Of a stretch of DNA of 61,615 nt, positions 28,895 through 37,941 are shown piece by piece (position 1 is the stretch's first letter; every line of letters begins with the position of its first letter). This stretch comes from Candidatus Firestoneibacteriota bacterium (GTDB taxonomy: Bacteria; Oederibacteriota; D2-FULL-39-29; JBBTED01). The stretch is taken from NCBI GenBank assembly GCA_038042445.1, contig JBBTED010000063.1, forward strand, positions 1-61,615, given 5' to 3'. Under the pieces are notes generated by a model. It was not told where the DNA came from, searched no databases, and saw nothing but the letters and a program-made list of their open reading frames with translations. The position numbers were made by a program, and so were the translations under genes.

Positions 28895-29033
28895 GCCGAT
28901 AAATTTTCTCTCTTTCGGCGACTACAGATCCTTCGCTTCGCTCAGGATGACGCTTCGCGCAGATCCTTCGCTTCGCTCAGGATGACGCTTCGCGCAGATC
29001 CTTCGCTTCGCTCAGGATGACGCTTCGCGTCAT
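28895..29033. repeat. Interrupted REP-1 followed by three tandem 35-bp units
   Basis: agatccttcgcttcgctcaggatgacgcttcgcgc starts at 28926, 28961 and 28996; the last unit ends in the ATGACGCTTCGCGTCAT hairpin. Confidence 0.9.
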
Positions 29034-31675
29034 TTTGCTACTATTACTGTGCCGTTATATCTGGAATTTCCTACTTCTATTTGCCAGATATGTATTCCGC
29101 TTTCAACAACTGTATTAGATGAATTAACACCTGTCCATTCAATATTTTGTGATGAAGAAAATGTATCCTCTCGGATCAAAGCGCCCTCAAGATTGAAAAT
29201 TTTAAGAGACACTGAATTACCTTCAGCATTATCAACACTAAATACAACTTTATTATTAGGAGAATAATTTGGGGTAAATGGATTTGGGCCAAAAGCAATA
29301 CCGCCTTTCTTTTCAACCATAACCATTATAGTAAGTGCCTGGCTAATAAGACCTGTGCCTTTTGCTTCAACTATATAAAATCCAATCATTTTAGTTTCGT
29401 TTGAAGACAACGTATAACTAACCAAACCTGTTAAATCTGTACTTGTATTTACAACATATTGGCTTTTATCTGGCCTTGTAATTGTAATAGTTATCGCTAT
29501 ATTAGACAAAGGATTCCCTGCTTCGTCTTTTGCCGACCAATTTAAAACAACACTATTGCCTGTTATAATATTTTGATTGCCAGATGTTGGAACTAAATTC
29601 TTACTGCTTTCAGAACTAACACTAATTGTTGGCTCAGATAAAACTACAGGTCTTTTATATGCATTTAAGCTATTTGCAAATGGAGCAAAAAATACTGCAT
29701 CAAAAAGACACAAAGGCTGATATGTTCTACTATAAATTGCCCTTATTTCTGCATCAGTTAATACTCTATCATAAATAGCTACATCTGAAATAATAGCTTC
29801 AGGATTATTATTACCAGGTGCAAAATACATTCCGTTACTATAATCTCCTACAATAGACGATTTCATAGAATTTGCATCACTACTTGCCTGGTAATCCGAA
29901 TTAACAAAAATTTTTGCACCTTCACTACCCCAGGTATATGCAAGGAAAATCCAGCCATCTGTATCTAAATGTGTAAGACTGCCAAAATAACTTGAGTTTG
30001 ATATGTAATAGTCTAAATTCTTCAACAAAAATGGAGATGGCAAAACAAAATCCACATACGAACCAGATAATTTAAATACATCTGTCAATTGCCTACGCCA
30101 TCCTGTAAATTTCATATTGTTACTATCGGACCCATAAAATCTTAATATATGATATTCTGACGCTGTTACAATATAAAAATAATTGTACACACCTATATCA
30201 CCTGCAATACTACCATATCTTGTATCAGTCGTATAAAACTCAGGTTTCACCCACATAACCAAAGTTCCTTTATCTCTATTAAAATTTCCTGAAGTAATTG
30301 GATAATATAATGTTTCAACAGCACGTGTGGTATTCGAACTTGGATTTGCAACTAATGGTGGAGTAAAACTTGTAGGATGAAAACTTTCTTCAATCTGAAC
30401 ACAATCTATATCTACAGAACCACCACCATCTTGATAATAGAAAAACGCCACCTGTAAATATCTAACGTTTGAGGTCGGAACTATATATTTAAGCCAAAAT
30501 CTCTCCCACGTATTTGCCTTTGTGTTTCTTATATTCATTGGAGTTATGTCAATTCCAGAACCTGTTGCAGGAATATTAGCATTATAAGTAGTACTATCTA
30601 CTTTCCATCCTATAGGAGCAGCTGATGAAGTTATATTAGAACCAGTAGAATCAATATTTCTTATTCCTACCATATATCTTGCAGAAGTACTACTTGCCCT
30701 TCCATACCAGGAAATTATAACTGTTTTCCCATCCCAATTTGTTGATGAGCTACTAGGATCATACAGCATAACATTTTTTGCAATTGCTATTCCACAATTA
30801 GTACTTGTTCCATTTCCAAGACGCACATAACCACTACCTTTTGCTCCACCATCGCTTTGCCGGGATATTCTACCGCTTGAACCACCTATGCTCGTATCCC
30901 AATCCGTAGAAGGATTTATACCTATATCATTCCAATTTGAAAGATCTGTTTCAAAATCTGTATTTATAATATAATTTCTGACATATCGTTCAAGCAGTAT
31001 TCCTCTGTCATACTTGCCGTAAGTAAAACGTGGTGTATTAGTTCCTACTTCTGTTAAATCGTCCGGCTGGCATGCACTTGACCCTCTGGTAAAATTTGGT
31101 ATTTGCGCCACAAATATTTTATCAAGATTTTTTGGTGGAAATTCTGTCTCTTTTGAATTTCCATAATAGATATAATAATTTTCATCTATTGCACCTGTAA
31201 GTATATTTGTTTGTAATCTAAAATAAGTGGAAGAAACTGAATATACCAAACCAGTATCTAATGTTATATCATTATAATTGGAGTCCTGGTCAGGAACATA
31301 ATATCTATCTAACTCTGTCCATGCTAAACCGTTCCAATAAAGAATACGCCAGTCTTTTCTATCCGGCGTGATTCCTGTAAATGCCTGAAGCCCGCCTGTT
31401 TTTTGCAAAGCAATTGTATCAACTGAAAGTTTGACAACATAATTGGTATCTAATGTATAAGGTACAGTATTTGTAATTGTAATTTTTTTTCTGTATGTAT
31501 AGCCGGTAAAATCTTTATTTCCCACTATAGTAGGCCAAGGCAAAGAAGCAGATATACAAGCAGAAACAAATGCAAATTGCAAAATGTAAAATGCAAAATG
31601 TAAAATTAAAGAATTAGTAATAAATTTTCTTTTTCTTAATTTTGCAATTTTCATTTTGCAATTTTCATTTTGCAT
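29030..31675 (-). CDS. Secreted DUF2341-like/LamG-like protein with T9SS-like CTD (cargo 6)
   Basis: YTYRKKITITN; KGTLVMWVKP...ISDVAIYDRVLT; GPNPFTP...IFNLEG...NGTVIVAK. Confidence 0.75.
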   Translation of the reverse strand: MQNENCKMKIAKLRKRKFITNSLILHFAFYILQFAFVSACISASLPWPTIVGNKDFTGYTYRKKITITNTVPYTLDTNYVVKLSVDTIALQKTGGLQAFTGITPDRKDWRILYWNGLAWTELDRYYVPDQDSNYNDITLDTGLVYSVSSTYFRLQTNILTGAIDENYYIYYGNSKETEFPPKNLDKIFVAQIPNFTRGSSACQPDDLTEVGTNTPRFTYGKYDRGILLERYVRNYIINTDFETDLSNWNDIGINPSTDWDTSIGGSSGRISRQSDGGAKGSGYVRLGNGTSTNCGIAIAKNVMLYDPSSSSTNWDGKTVIISWYGRASSTSARYMVGIRNIDSTGSNITSSAAPIGWKVDSTTYNANIPATGSGIDITPMNIRNTKANTWERFWLKYIVPTSNVRYLQVAFFYYQDGGGSVDIDCVQIEESFHPTSFTPPLVANPSSNTTRAVETLYYPITSGNFNRDKGTLVMWVKPEFYTTDTRYGSIAGDIGVYNYFYIVTASEYHILRFYGSDSNNMKFTGWRRQLTDVFKLSGSYVDFVLPSPFLLKNLDYYISNSSYFGSLTHLDTDGWIFLAYTWGSEGAKIFVNSDYQASSDANSMKSSIVGDYSNGMYFAPGNNNPEAIISDVAIYDRVLTDAEIRAIYSRTYQPLCLFDAVFFAPFANSLNAYKRPVVLSEPTISVSSESSKNLVPTSGNQNIITGNSVVLNWSAKDEAGNPLSNIAITITITRPDKSQYVVNTSTDLTGLVSYTLSSNETKMIGFYIVEAKGTGLISQALTIMVMVEKKGGIAFGPNPFTPNYSPNNKVVFSVDNAEGNSVSLKIFNLEGALIREDTFSSSQNIEWTGVNSSNTVVESGIHIWQIEVGNSRYNGTVIVAK

Positions 31676-31720
31676 TGTCCTTATTCCCCTGTTCCAAACA
31701 TAGCATCAGTTAATCTACTT

Positions 31721-31771
31721 GTAGTCGCTGATTTATCAGCAGTTTTTTTATGCCGATAAATCGGCAACTAC
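31721..31771. repeat. REP-1 inverted doublet between two copies of the pilX-like 3' end
   Basis: gtagtcgctgatttatcagc...gccgataaatcggcaactac. Confidence 0.9.
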
Positions 31772-31780
31772 ATTATTCTG

Positions 31781-34700
31781 CTATTCTCCTGTTCCAAATA
31801 GTGAATCAATTAATCCACTTGTAGTATTAGCTACTATAGTTTCAGGCATATCAAGTGAATTTTTTAAATCAACTAAAAAATCCTCTGCCTGACTTGGCTT
31901 AGTTTCCTGCCAATTTGTAATTCGTATATCTATTGGCATATGAGGTGGTAAATCCTTTCTGAAACTTGTAGCATAAGACCACATTATGGCATCATTATAA
32001 TTACTGTAAGAATGATTTGTAATTAGCTCATCTATATATCTATCAGCATAATATGCATCTTTTGGATCTGTTTTTGAAACATTGATACTATTTCCCAATA
32101 TATTTGAACCATATAACCAGCAATTATTATAATCCTTATTTAATGAACGTGGATAACCTCCTAAACTAAACAATCTATTTCCCTGGGTAATTGCTACTAC
32201 TTTATTGAGTTTCATAAAAAACGCCTGATCAGTTGAAGATAATTCAAACACTGGTTTAGCTATATTATTACAATAGAACTTAAATACATTTTTTGCTGTA
32301 ACTATTCCAACTGGATTTGCACGTTCATCATCCCAGGTTAAATTACTAGAACGATATGTCCCATTTTTACTTAAATCACCATCATTATCATAATAACCAG
32401 CATTTATAGTTGATAAATATACATCCTCTGTAGAAACAACAGTAATTTTTTTCTTTGGAATACCGAAAACTACAATCGGAACTTCAGAAAATATAACACC
32501 ATCTTTAGGATAATTAGCTTCAGGTATATCGGATAAATTAATAGATATTGCTTCAACATAAGGATCCGTACCAATAGCATACCCTTGTGAACTTGGATTT
32601 GCAATTTGAACATTTAGAGTTGTAGCTTCAGTGTCGGTGGAATTATATGAAATTGTCAGTAATTTACCGCCTTTTAAATTAGGAACATTATTTGCAAACT
32701 GAATCATTCCAGAAGCAGGAAAATTCGTATATGTATAATAAGGATATTGCGCATCATTTGGATATATCTTACCAGCAGTGCCAAAACTTGTATCAACTGT
32801 ATTATCAAGCTTTATTACTTCAAGATATGCATAGTATCCCGGAAATATAGCCCTACTATTAACACTAGACGAAATAATATTAATACTCAGACAACCAAAC
32901 CACCATTGTGTTGGAGCAGTTCCTGTATCATAAACTCCATTATAATTCGGAATCATTGGACGCCTGCTAATTGTAACACCATAGAGACAGCGTATCGCAC
33001 CAAAAGTTTTATAACCAGTTCCAAAAGAAGTACTAGGCAAAGAACGTGTGTTTATTACTTCATTAACATATAAACCAAAATCGCCTCCAGAAGGCAAACC
33101 CAACATTTTAAATCTTGGGTCACTACTATTACCATAGTTTCCACCATAAGTAAAACCACTTGACGCATCATATAAAACATCATTTCCTTCAAGCCCACCC
33201 TCTCCAAGTGGATGTGAATGCACACCACTTGTAGGATTATATACTGCCATAGTGTAACTATAACCAGGTATAGCCCCATTATCTGCTACAATATCTACAT
33301 TTCCTGACAATATAAATTGTGGCAACTGGTACAAAGGAACGTTATAATGTCCTGCGCCATCTGCTACTTTCATCGGCCCATTTATTTGCGAAGCAAGTGT
33401 TATTGTATTTGTCAAATCATCTATATTAGCTATATTTATATCCGGCATAGTATATACTACTTCCTGTGTAGAAGGATTAATTGCATATAAATATTTTAAT
33501 CTATTTGCAGAAACTAATTTACCTGCAGTAGTTACACCTTGATTAAATATTATATTAGATTTCATCGTTGATGTCTCAGCTCCACTTCCTATAAATGAAG
33601 GCAAATATTGATAGTCAACATCATTAGTTAAAGGCACAGTAGTTGGCTGATTTTCTGAAACAGCAACATCAACTCTAACACCTGCTACTATACGTTGTGT
33701 TCCAGGAGCAATATCTACTAACATAGGCGTAAATGCTGACCAGTAAAAACCATTATTTGCAACATCAATTTTATCCATTGCATCTGTTTGAATAGAATAA
33801 GGAAACCTTTGGCTGTTTTTTGCCCTATAAGTAGCAGACGGACCTGCATTCCATGGATTAATTGCTCTAGTAGTTCCTATATATTCTGTGCCATGATTTT
33901 TAAATTTATATTTATATTCTGAAATTTTCTCAAGTGGCTCTTTCTTTTTTATAACATCATTATAAAACCCGACTTTTTTACCATAATATGCAGATGCAGA
34001 ATCAACACTTTTTATATGCCAACGTTCATCAATAAATGGTTTAAAAGCAGTAACAATTTCAGTTATTGATGGAATTTTAATTGTCTGTCCCCCATGCAAA
34101 CCGTCCATTAAAAGTCTCTCTATACTTCCATCTGTTTTTGTAATCTGAAATGTTACATCAGGTGATTTTCCACCTGAATAAGACGGCAAAGGAACATAAG
34201 GGTCTTTAACTCTTGTCGTATTATTAACATATCCAATTGTATTAAATCTATTTGATAAATAAAACCTTCCTGTATCAAGTTCATTGATGCTTGTTCCATA
34301 ACTAAAACTTGATTCATCTGACCCTTGAGTCATATTGAATTTAACTTTACCCATTCCAATTATTACCTTGCTTTCCGGGGTAGTATAATTAGAACCAGCA
34401 GAATTAGTCCACTTTTCAGTGCATTTCCCACGCCATACTATGCCAGTACAAGATACAGCTGGCCCTTTTAATTCCTCAGGCTTTAATATTATAGTAGCAG
34501 ACCCTGGAATTTGTATACTTGAATAAGGTGCCATTGTCCCAGAAGGACCAGAATCTATAAAAATTGAACCATTCGCATGAACAGGACCATATACTTTAAG
34601 TGGAACCCAATAACCTTCATTTATATTCATACTTCCAAATAATGCACCATTCCCATTAAAAAAAAATAAAAAATCTGTAGGGCAGGTTATACTTACAGCC

Positions 34701-35107
34701 ATTATTAACGCCTGCTTTGATAATTTTGCCTCTTCACCTATTTGTTTTGCATTTGAATATTCATTCGTTGAAACTGCAAAACCTTCTGCAGCTATATTCA
34801 TTTCACGCACACCTAAACCTTCAGTAGGCGCCATTCCTGCTTTAAACATTCCTTCTCCAAAATCTACTCCTGCAATATAATCGTACTGCAATTGCTTAAA
34901 TTTATCTGGGTCATCAAAATAATATTTTCTGATATCGTATAGTATCTGATTTGCACCTGCTTTAGCTATCCATCTTGCCTTCACAACATCACCCTCAACA
35001 GAAACCAACTTAAACTGCGTAACAGTAAGCGATAAAAATGTCCCGGCAAGCACAAGTAAAACAGACATAACAACAAGACTCAATATCAGAATCGAACCTT
35101 TATCCAT
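31781..35107 (-). CDS. Very large PilX/GspK-like minor pilin (~1,108 aa)
   Basis: MDKG|SILILSLVVMSVLLVLAG...KARWIAKAG is a PilX-type N-terminus; YGPVHANG; the upstream ORF extension is REP-derived. Confidence 0.65.
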   Translation of the reverse strand: MDKGSILILSLVVMSVLLVLAGTFLSLTVTQFKLVSVEGDVVKARWIAKAGANQILYDIRKYYFDDPDKFKQLQYDYIAGVDFGEGMFKAGMAPTEGLGVREMNIAAEGFAVSTNEYSNAKQIGEEAKLSKQALIMAVSITCPTDFLFFFNGNGALFGSMNINEGYWVPLKVYGPVHANGSIFIDSGPSGTMAPYSSIQIPGSATIILKPEELKGPAVSCTGIVWRGKCTEKWTNSAGSNYTTPESKVIIGMGKVKFNMTQGSDESSFSYGTSINELDTGRFYLSNRFNTIGYVNNTTRVKDPYVPLPSYSGGKSPDVTFQITKTDGSIERLLMDGLHGGQTIKIPSITEIVTAFKPFIDERWHIKSVDSASAYYGKKVGFYNDVIKKKEPLEKISEYKYKFKNHGTEYIGTTRAINPWNAGPSATYRAKNSQRFPYSIQTDAMDKIDVANNGFYWSAFTPMLVDIAPGTQRIVAGVRVDVAVSENQPTTVPLTNDVDYQYLPSFIGSGAETSTMKSNIIFNQGVTTAGKLVSANRLKYLYAINPSTQEVVYTMPDINIANIDDLTNTITLASQINGPMKVADGAGHYNVPLYQLPQFILSGNVDIVADNGAIPGYSYTMAVYNPTSGVHSHPLGEGGLEGNDVLYDASSGFTYGGNYGNSSDPRFKMLGLPSGGDFGLYVNEVINTRSLPSTSFGTGYKTFGAIRCLYGVTISRRPMIPNYNGVYDTGTAPTQWWFGCLSINIISSSVNSRAIFPGYYAYLEVIKLDNTVDTSFGTAGKIYPNDAQYPYYTYTNFPASGMIQFANNVPNLKGGKLLTISYNSTDTEATTLNVQIANPSSQGYAIGTDPYVEAISINLSDIPEANYPKDGVIFSEVPIVVFGIPKKKITVVSTEDVYLSTINAGYYDNDGDLSKNGTYRSSNLTWDDERANPVGIVTAKNVFKFYCNNIAKPVFELSSTDQAFFMKLNKVVAITQGNRLFSLGGYPRSLNKDYNNCWLYGSNILGNSINVSKTDPKDAYYADRYIDELITNHSYSNYNDAIMWSYATSFRKDLPPHMPIDIRITNWQETKPSQAEDFLVDLKNSLDMPETIVANTTSGLIDSLFGTGE

Positions 35108-35108
35108 A

Positions 35109-35231
35109 TTAGTTGCCGATTTATCGGCTTGTAGTTGCCGATTTATCGGCAAAAAAAACGCTGATGAATCAGCAACTACAAAACAATTATTATAATAATA
35201 TTTGTAGGGAACAGGCATGCCTGTTCCCTAC
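35109..35231. repeat. Three REP-1 arms plus GTAGGGAACAGGCATGCCTGTTCCCTAC palindrome
   Basis: Arms at 35109-35128, 35131-35150 and 35160-35179; perfect palindrome at 35204-35231. Confidence 0.9.
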
Positions 35232-35253
35232 AAAAAATGACGGCTACTATTTC

Positions 35254-36897
35254 TTAGTCTTCTGGTATTGTTATTACTGCATTATACTTTGGATCCGGAG
35301 ATGTTGCCTGTTCCATATCAGATGGATTTACAGAAGTAACCACATAATAATATGTGCGACCTCTTCTTTTTGGTGATGTATCAACAAAAGAAGTTGCATC
35401 TCCTGAAATGTTGTTATATAAAGGTTCTAAATCAGCCGTACTTACTATTGGCTCTCTGTCACGGTAAAGTTTGTATTTAAATATACCATTTGCACCCCAT
35501 GGAACATCTTCTGACCAATCTATAAGAACATCTGTTCCTTCCTGGAATATTGCTTTCAATTTACTTATCCATGGAGTTTCTTTACATCTTGGTGGTGTAA
35601 AATCATATATATGCGGGCTTACAAATATGTTAAGTTCAACTTTATCAACTCTTGGATTTGTCTTTTTAAACAACAAGCCGATTAAAGGAATATCCCCAAG
35701 AATTGGAATTTTTTCTTCACTTATAGTAGTTTTATCTTTTAAAAACCCGCCCAAACGCACAGTTCCACCATTTTTCACAAATAAAGTAGTTTTAATTTCA
35801 CGCGTATCAATTATAGGAACATCATTTGAAACAGATAAACCACTACCATCAGTACTACTACTACCACCAACAGACGTTATACTTTTATATCCAAAAACAT
35901 CTCTTAATTGCGGATATAAGCTTAACTGAATATTACCGTCTTTCTGTGAAGAAGGTGTAACTGTAAGAGTTATATTAACATCTTCATAAGTAATTGTAGT
36001 TGTTATTACACCTTGCGAAGCAGTTGTCTGAGCTATGGGCTCACGTCTACCTATTACAATTTTTGCTTCTGTTCCATCAGTAACAAGAACTTCCGGCTCA
36101 GCAATAATATTTACATTAGTTGATGATGCAATAGCAAACAATTTTGCTGTTATATCTTCTATTGACATTGCCCAAGGGTAATAGAAATATCCACCTGCTT
36201 GTGATGCTGACACTAATCCACTTGTAGAATTATAAGATACTGGAGTTGAAAAAAATGTGCCATATCCAATAGTAGCTTCACCTGTTTTTCTCTTATTATA
36301 TGCCTCTACATAAAGTGCAGTATTAGTTGATTTAGTAGATTCAATTAGTTTTAATTTAACCACAACAAGTTTATTTTTTCGTTTTTCTACATCCATTTCT
36401 TTTATTATTTTCTCAACTCCGTCAAAAACTGTAGGAATATCTGTAATAATCAAAGAATTTGTTGCTACATCTGTATTTACCTGACCATCTGCTGTCATAG
36501 CAGAGCGGATAATTCTTGTTAATTCCAAAGGATTTGCATAAGTTAAAGGATATATTTTAGTTGCTAAAGCCATTTTGCCAGCAGATATGCTAATAGTTTT
36601 AGTTCCTATATGATATATTCCATCTTTATCCAAATTCCATGCTATAGTTTTAGGCTTAAGCAAATTATCAAGCACATCATCAAGCTTCATCCTTTGCGTA
36701 AGATGTATTGTAACTTTTTGTCCCTCAACTCCACCCTCTATTAAATAGTTTTGTTTTACCTTTGTAAAAATAGTACCTAATGCAGTTTGCAAGTCTGTAT
36801 TTTCAAAATCCAACGGCGGCTCAATTGTTATATCTGCTGCCCAAGAAACTGCAGACAAACAAATAAAAGCTATACAAATAGCTATTTTCTTTACCAT
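35254..36897 (-). CDS. Secretin (PilQ/GspD family) with an extra C-terminal FN3-like domain
   Basis: N3-like DVATNSLIITD; secretin signature KIPILGDIPLIGLLFK...ELNIFVSPHI; AGGAGG RBS before ATG 36897. Confidence 0.9.
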   Translation of the reverse strand: MVKKIAICIAFICLSAVSWAADITIEPPLDFENTDLQTALGTIFTKVKQNYLIEGGVEGQKVTIHLTQRMKLDDVLDNLLKPKTIAWNLDKDGIYHIGTKTISISAGKMALATKIYPLTYANPLELTRIIRSAMTADGQVNTDVATNSLIITDIPTVFDGVEKIIKEMDVEKRKNKLVVVKLKLIESTKSTNTALYVEAYNKRKTGEATIGYGTFFSTPVSYNSTSGLVSASQAGGYFYYPWAMSIEDITAKLFAIASSTNVNIIAEPEVLVTDGTEAKIVIGRREPIAQTTASQGVITTTITYEDVNITLTVTPSSQKDGNIQLSLYPQLRDVFGYKSITSVGGSSSTDGSGLSVSNDVPIIDTREIKTTLFVKNGGTVRLGGFLKDKTTISEEKIPILGDIPLIGLLFKKTNPRVDKVELNIFVSPHIYDFTPPRCKETPWISKLKAIFQEGTDVLIDWSEDVPWGANGIFKYKLYRDREPIVSTADLEPLYNNISGDATSFVDTSPKRRGRTYYYVVTSVNPSDMEQATSPDPKYNAVITIPED

Positions 36898-36935
36898 TTT
36901 ACTACCTCCTTTTATATATTTCATTTTGTATATTT

Positions 36936-36992
36936 GTCATCCTGAACTTGTTTCAGGATCTCAATTAGATGCTGAAATAAATTCAGCATGAC
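36936..36992. repeat. GTCATCCTGAACTTGTTTCAGGATC...GATGCTGAAATAAATTCAGCATGAC double hairpin
   Basis: Inverted relative at 47023-47094. Confidence 0.85.
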
Positions 36993-37018
36993 AATATTTT
37001 TACATTAGCCCTATTACA

Positions 37019-37047
37019 AATATATGTAATATATTTATTTTTGTCAA
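37019..37047 (-). promoter_or_regulatory. Sigma70-type promoter upstream of the secretin gene
   Basis: TTGACA-17 bp-TATATT on the minus strand. Confidence 0.6.
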
Positions 37048-37139
37048 CACAAACTAAGGTCTAAAAACAGACTTACTACAATTGTGCCTTTTATGCTAAT
37101 ACCAAAGTGCTATTATCAATGAACTAACGGACAATTCTT

Positions 37140-37194
37140 GTAGGGACTTGATTTATCAAACCCGTGCATCGGGGCGGATAAATCCGCCCCCTAC
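37140..37194. repeat. GTAG REP doublet of another family
   Basis: gtagggacttgatttatcaaaccc...ggggcggataaatccgccccctac. Confidence 0.8.
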
Positions 37195-37195
37195 A

Positions 37196-37846
37196 TCAAT
37201 CTAATAAATGCGCGCTTGAGTAAATTCTTGCTATTGCTTCACTTCTTTTTCTGACTTTTAATTTTTTATATAAAGAAGAACAATAGTATTTTACTGTTCT
37301 CTCTGCTATACCTAAAGTGTTAGCCATTTCTTTATTAGCTTTTCCTTCTATCAAAAGCTTAATCACAGTTCTTTCACGAGAAGTAAAAGGTATATTTAAA
37401 CTTTCCGGAGAAATAAAACGTCTTATTTCTTTTATCAAAATTGTGATTAAAGCTCTCGGCAAAATTATTTCTCCCTCTTTTAGAAAAGACAACGCCTTAT
37501 TTAATTCTTTTATCCCCCATTCTCTGGAAATATACCCGTCAATACCTGCTATTAGCTCTTCAAGAATATAATTTGTTTTTTCCGGTTCAGAAATAAGAAT
37601 AATTTTTGCAGACGGAAAAGTATTTTTTACTGTTTTCATCATTTTAATATCTACTCGCTGTCCTAATTCAGTCTCTCCTATAAAAACCATTTCCGGCTTT
37701 GTATTTTTTTTCATATCCCCCAAAGCAGATTTAATATCGCAAGCATACCCTACAACCTGTATATTTTCCAGTTTGGAGAATATACTAACCAAACTTTCTC
37801 GTATTAACTTTCTAAATTCTATTATATATATTTTAATTTTAGTCAT
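37196..37846 (-). CDS. NarL/LuxR-type regulator with a degenerate receiver domain
   Basis: FTSRERTVIKLLIEGKANKEMANTLGIAERTVK HTH; start moved to ATG 37846. Confidence 0.85.
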   Translation of the reverse strand: MTKIKIYIIEFRKLIRESLVSIFSKLENIQVVGYACDIKSALGDMKKNTKPEMVFIGETELGQRVDIKMMKTVKNTFPSAKIILISEPEKTNYILEELIAGIDGYISREWGIKELNKALSFLKEGEIILPRALITILIKEIRRFISPESLNIPFTSRERTVIKLLIEGKANKEMANTLGIAERTVKYYCSSLYKKLKVRKRSEAIARIYSSAHLLD

Positions 37847-37860
37847 ATCCCTTTTTTTGC

Positions 37861-37941
37861 AACTCCCCTTAATCCCCTCTTTAGCAAAGAGGGGAAACAT
37901 TTAATTCACCCCTCTTTACTAAAGAGGGGGCTGGGGGAGTT
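37861..37941. repeat. Two CCCCTCTTTA.CAAAGAGGGG hairpins within AACTCCCC/GGGGAGTT ends
   Basis: Read directly; right end overlaps the pilO stop codon. Confidence 0.85.

Noticed and set aside
28926..29030. 3 x 35 bp repeat as a CRISPR array
   Set aside because: Units are head-to-tail with no spacers, and there are no cas genes in the window
4660..31675. Diversity-generating retroelement acting on the similar C-termini
   Set aside because: No reverse transcriptase; CTD similarity is at protein level, and mismatches in the 31681/31781 pair are not confined to adenines
16533..31675. Prophage, suggested by phage-like motifs in cargos 3, 5 and 6
   Set aside because: The proteins have signal peptides and CTDs; no terminase, capsid, portal or integrase genes
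35108..35218. N-terminal ORF extensions of the pilX-like gene (also rimO 2063-2149, barrel 1 4518-4553, regulator 37847-37900, pilin 42763-42816)
   Set aside because: They are read-through of intergenic repeats; family-typical N-termini begin at the downstream ATG
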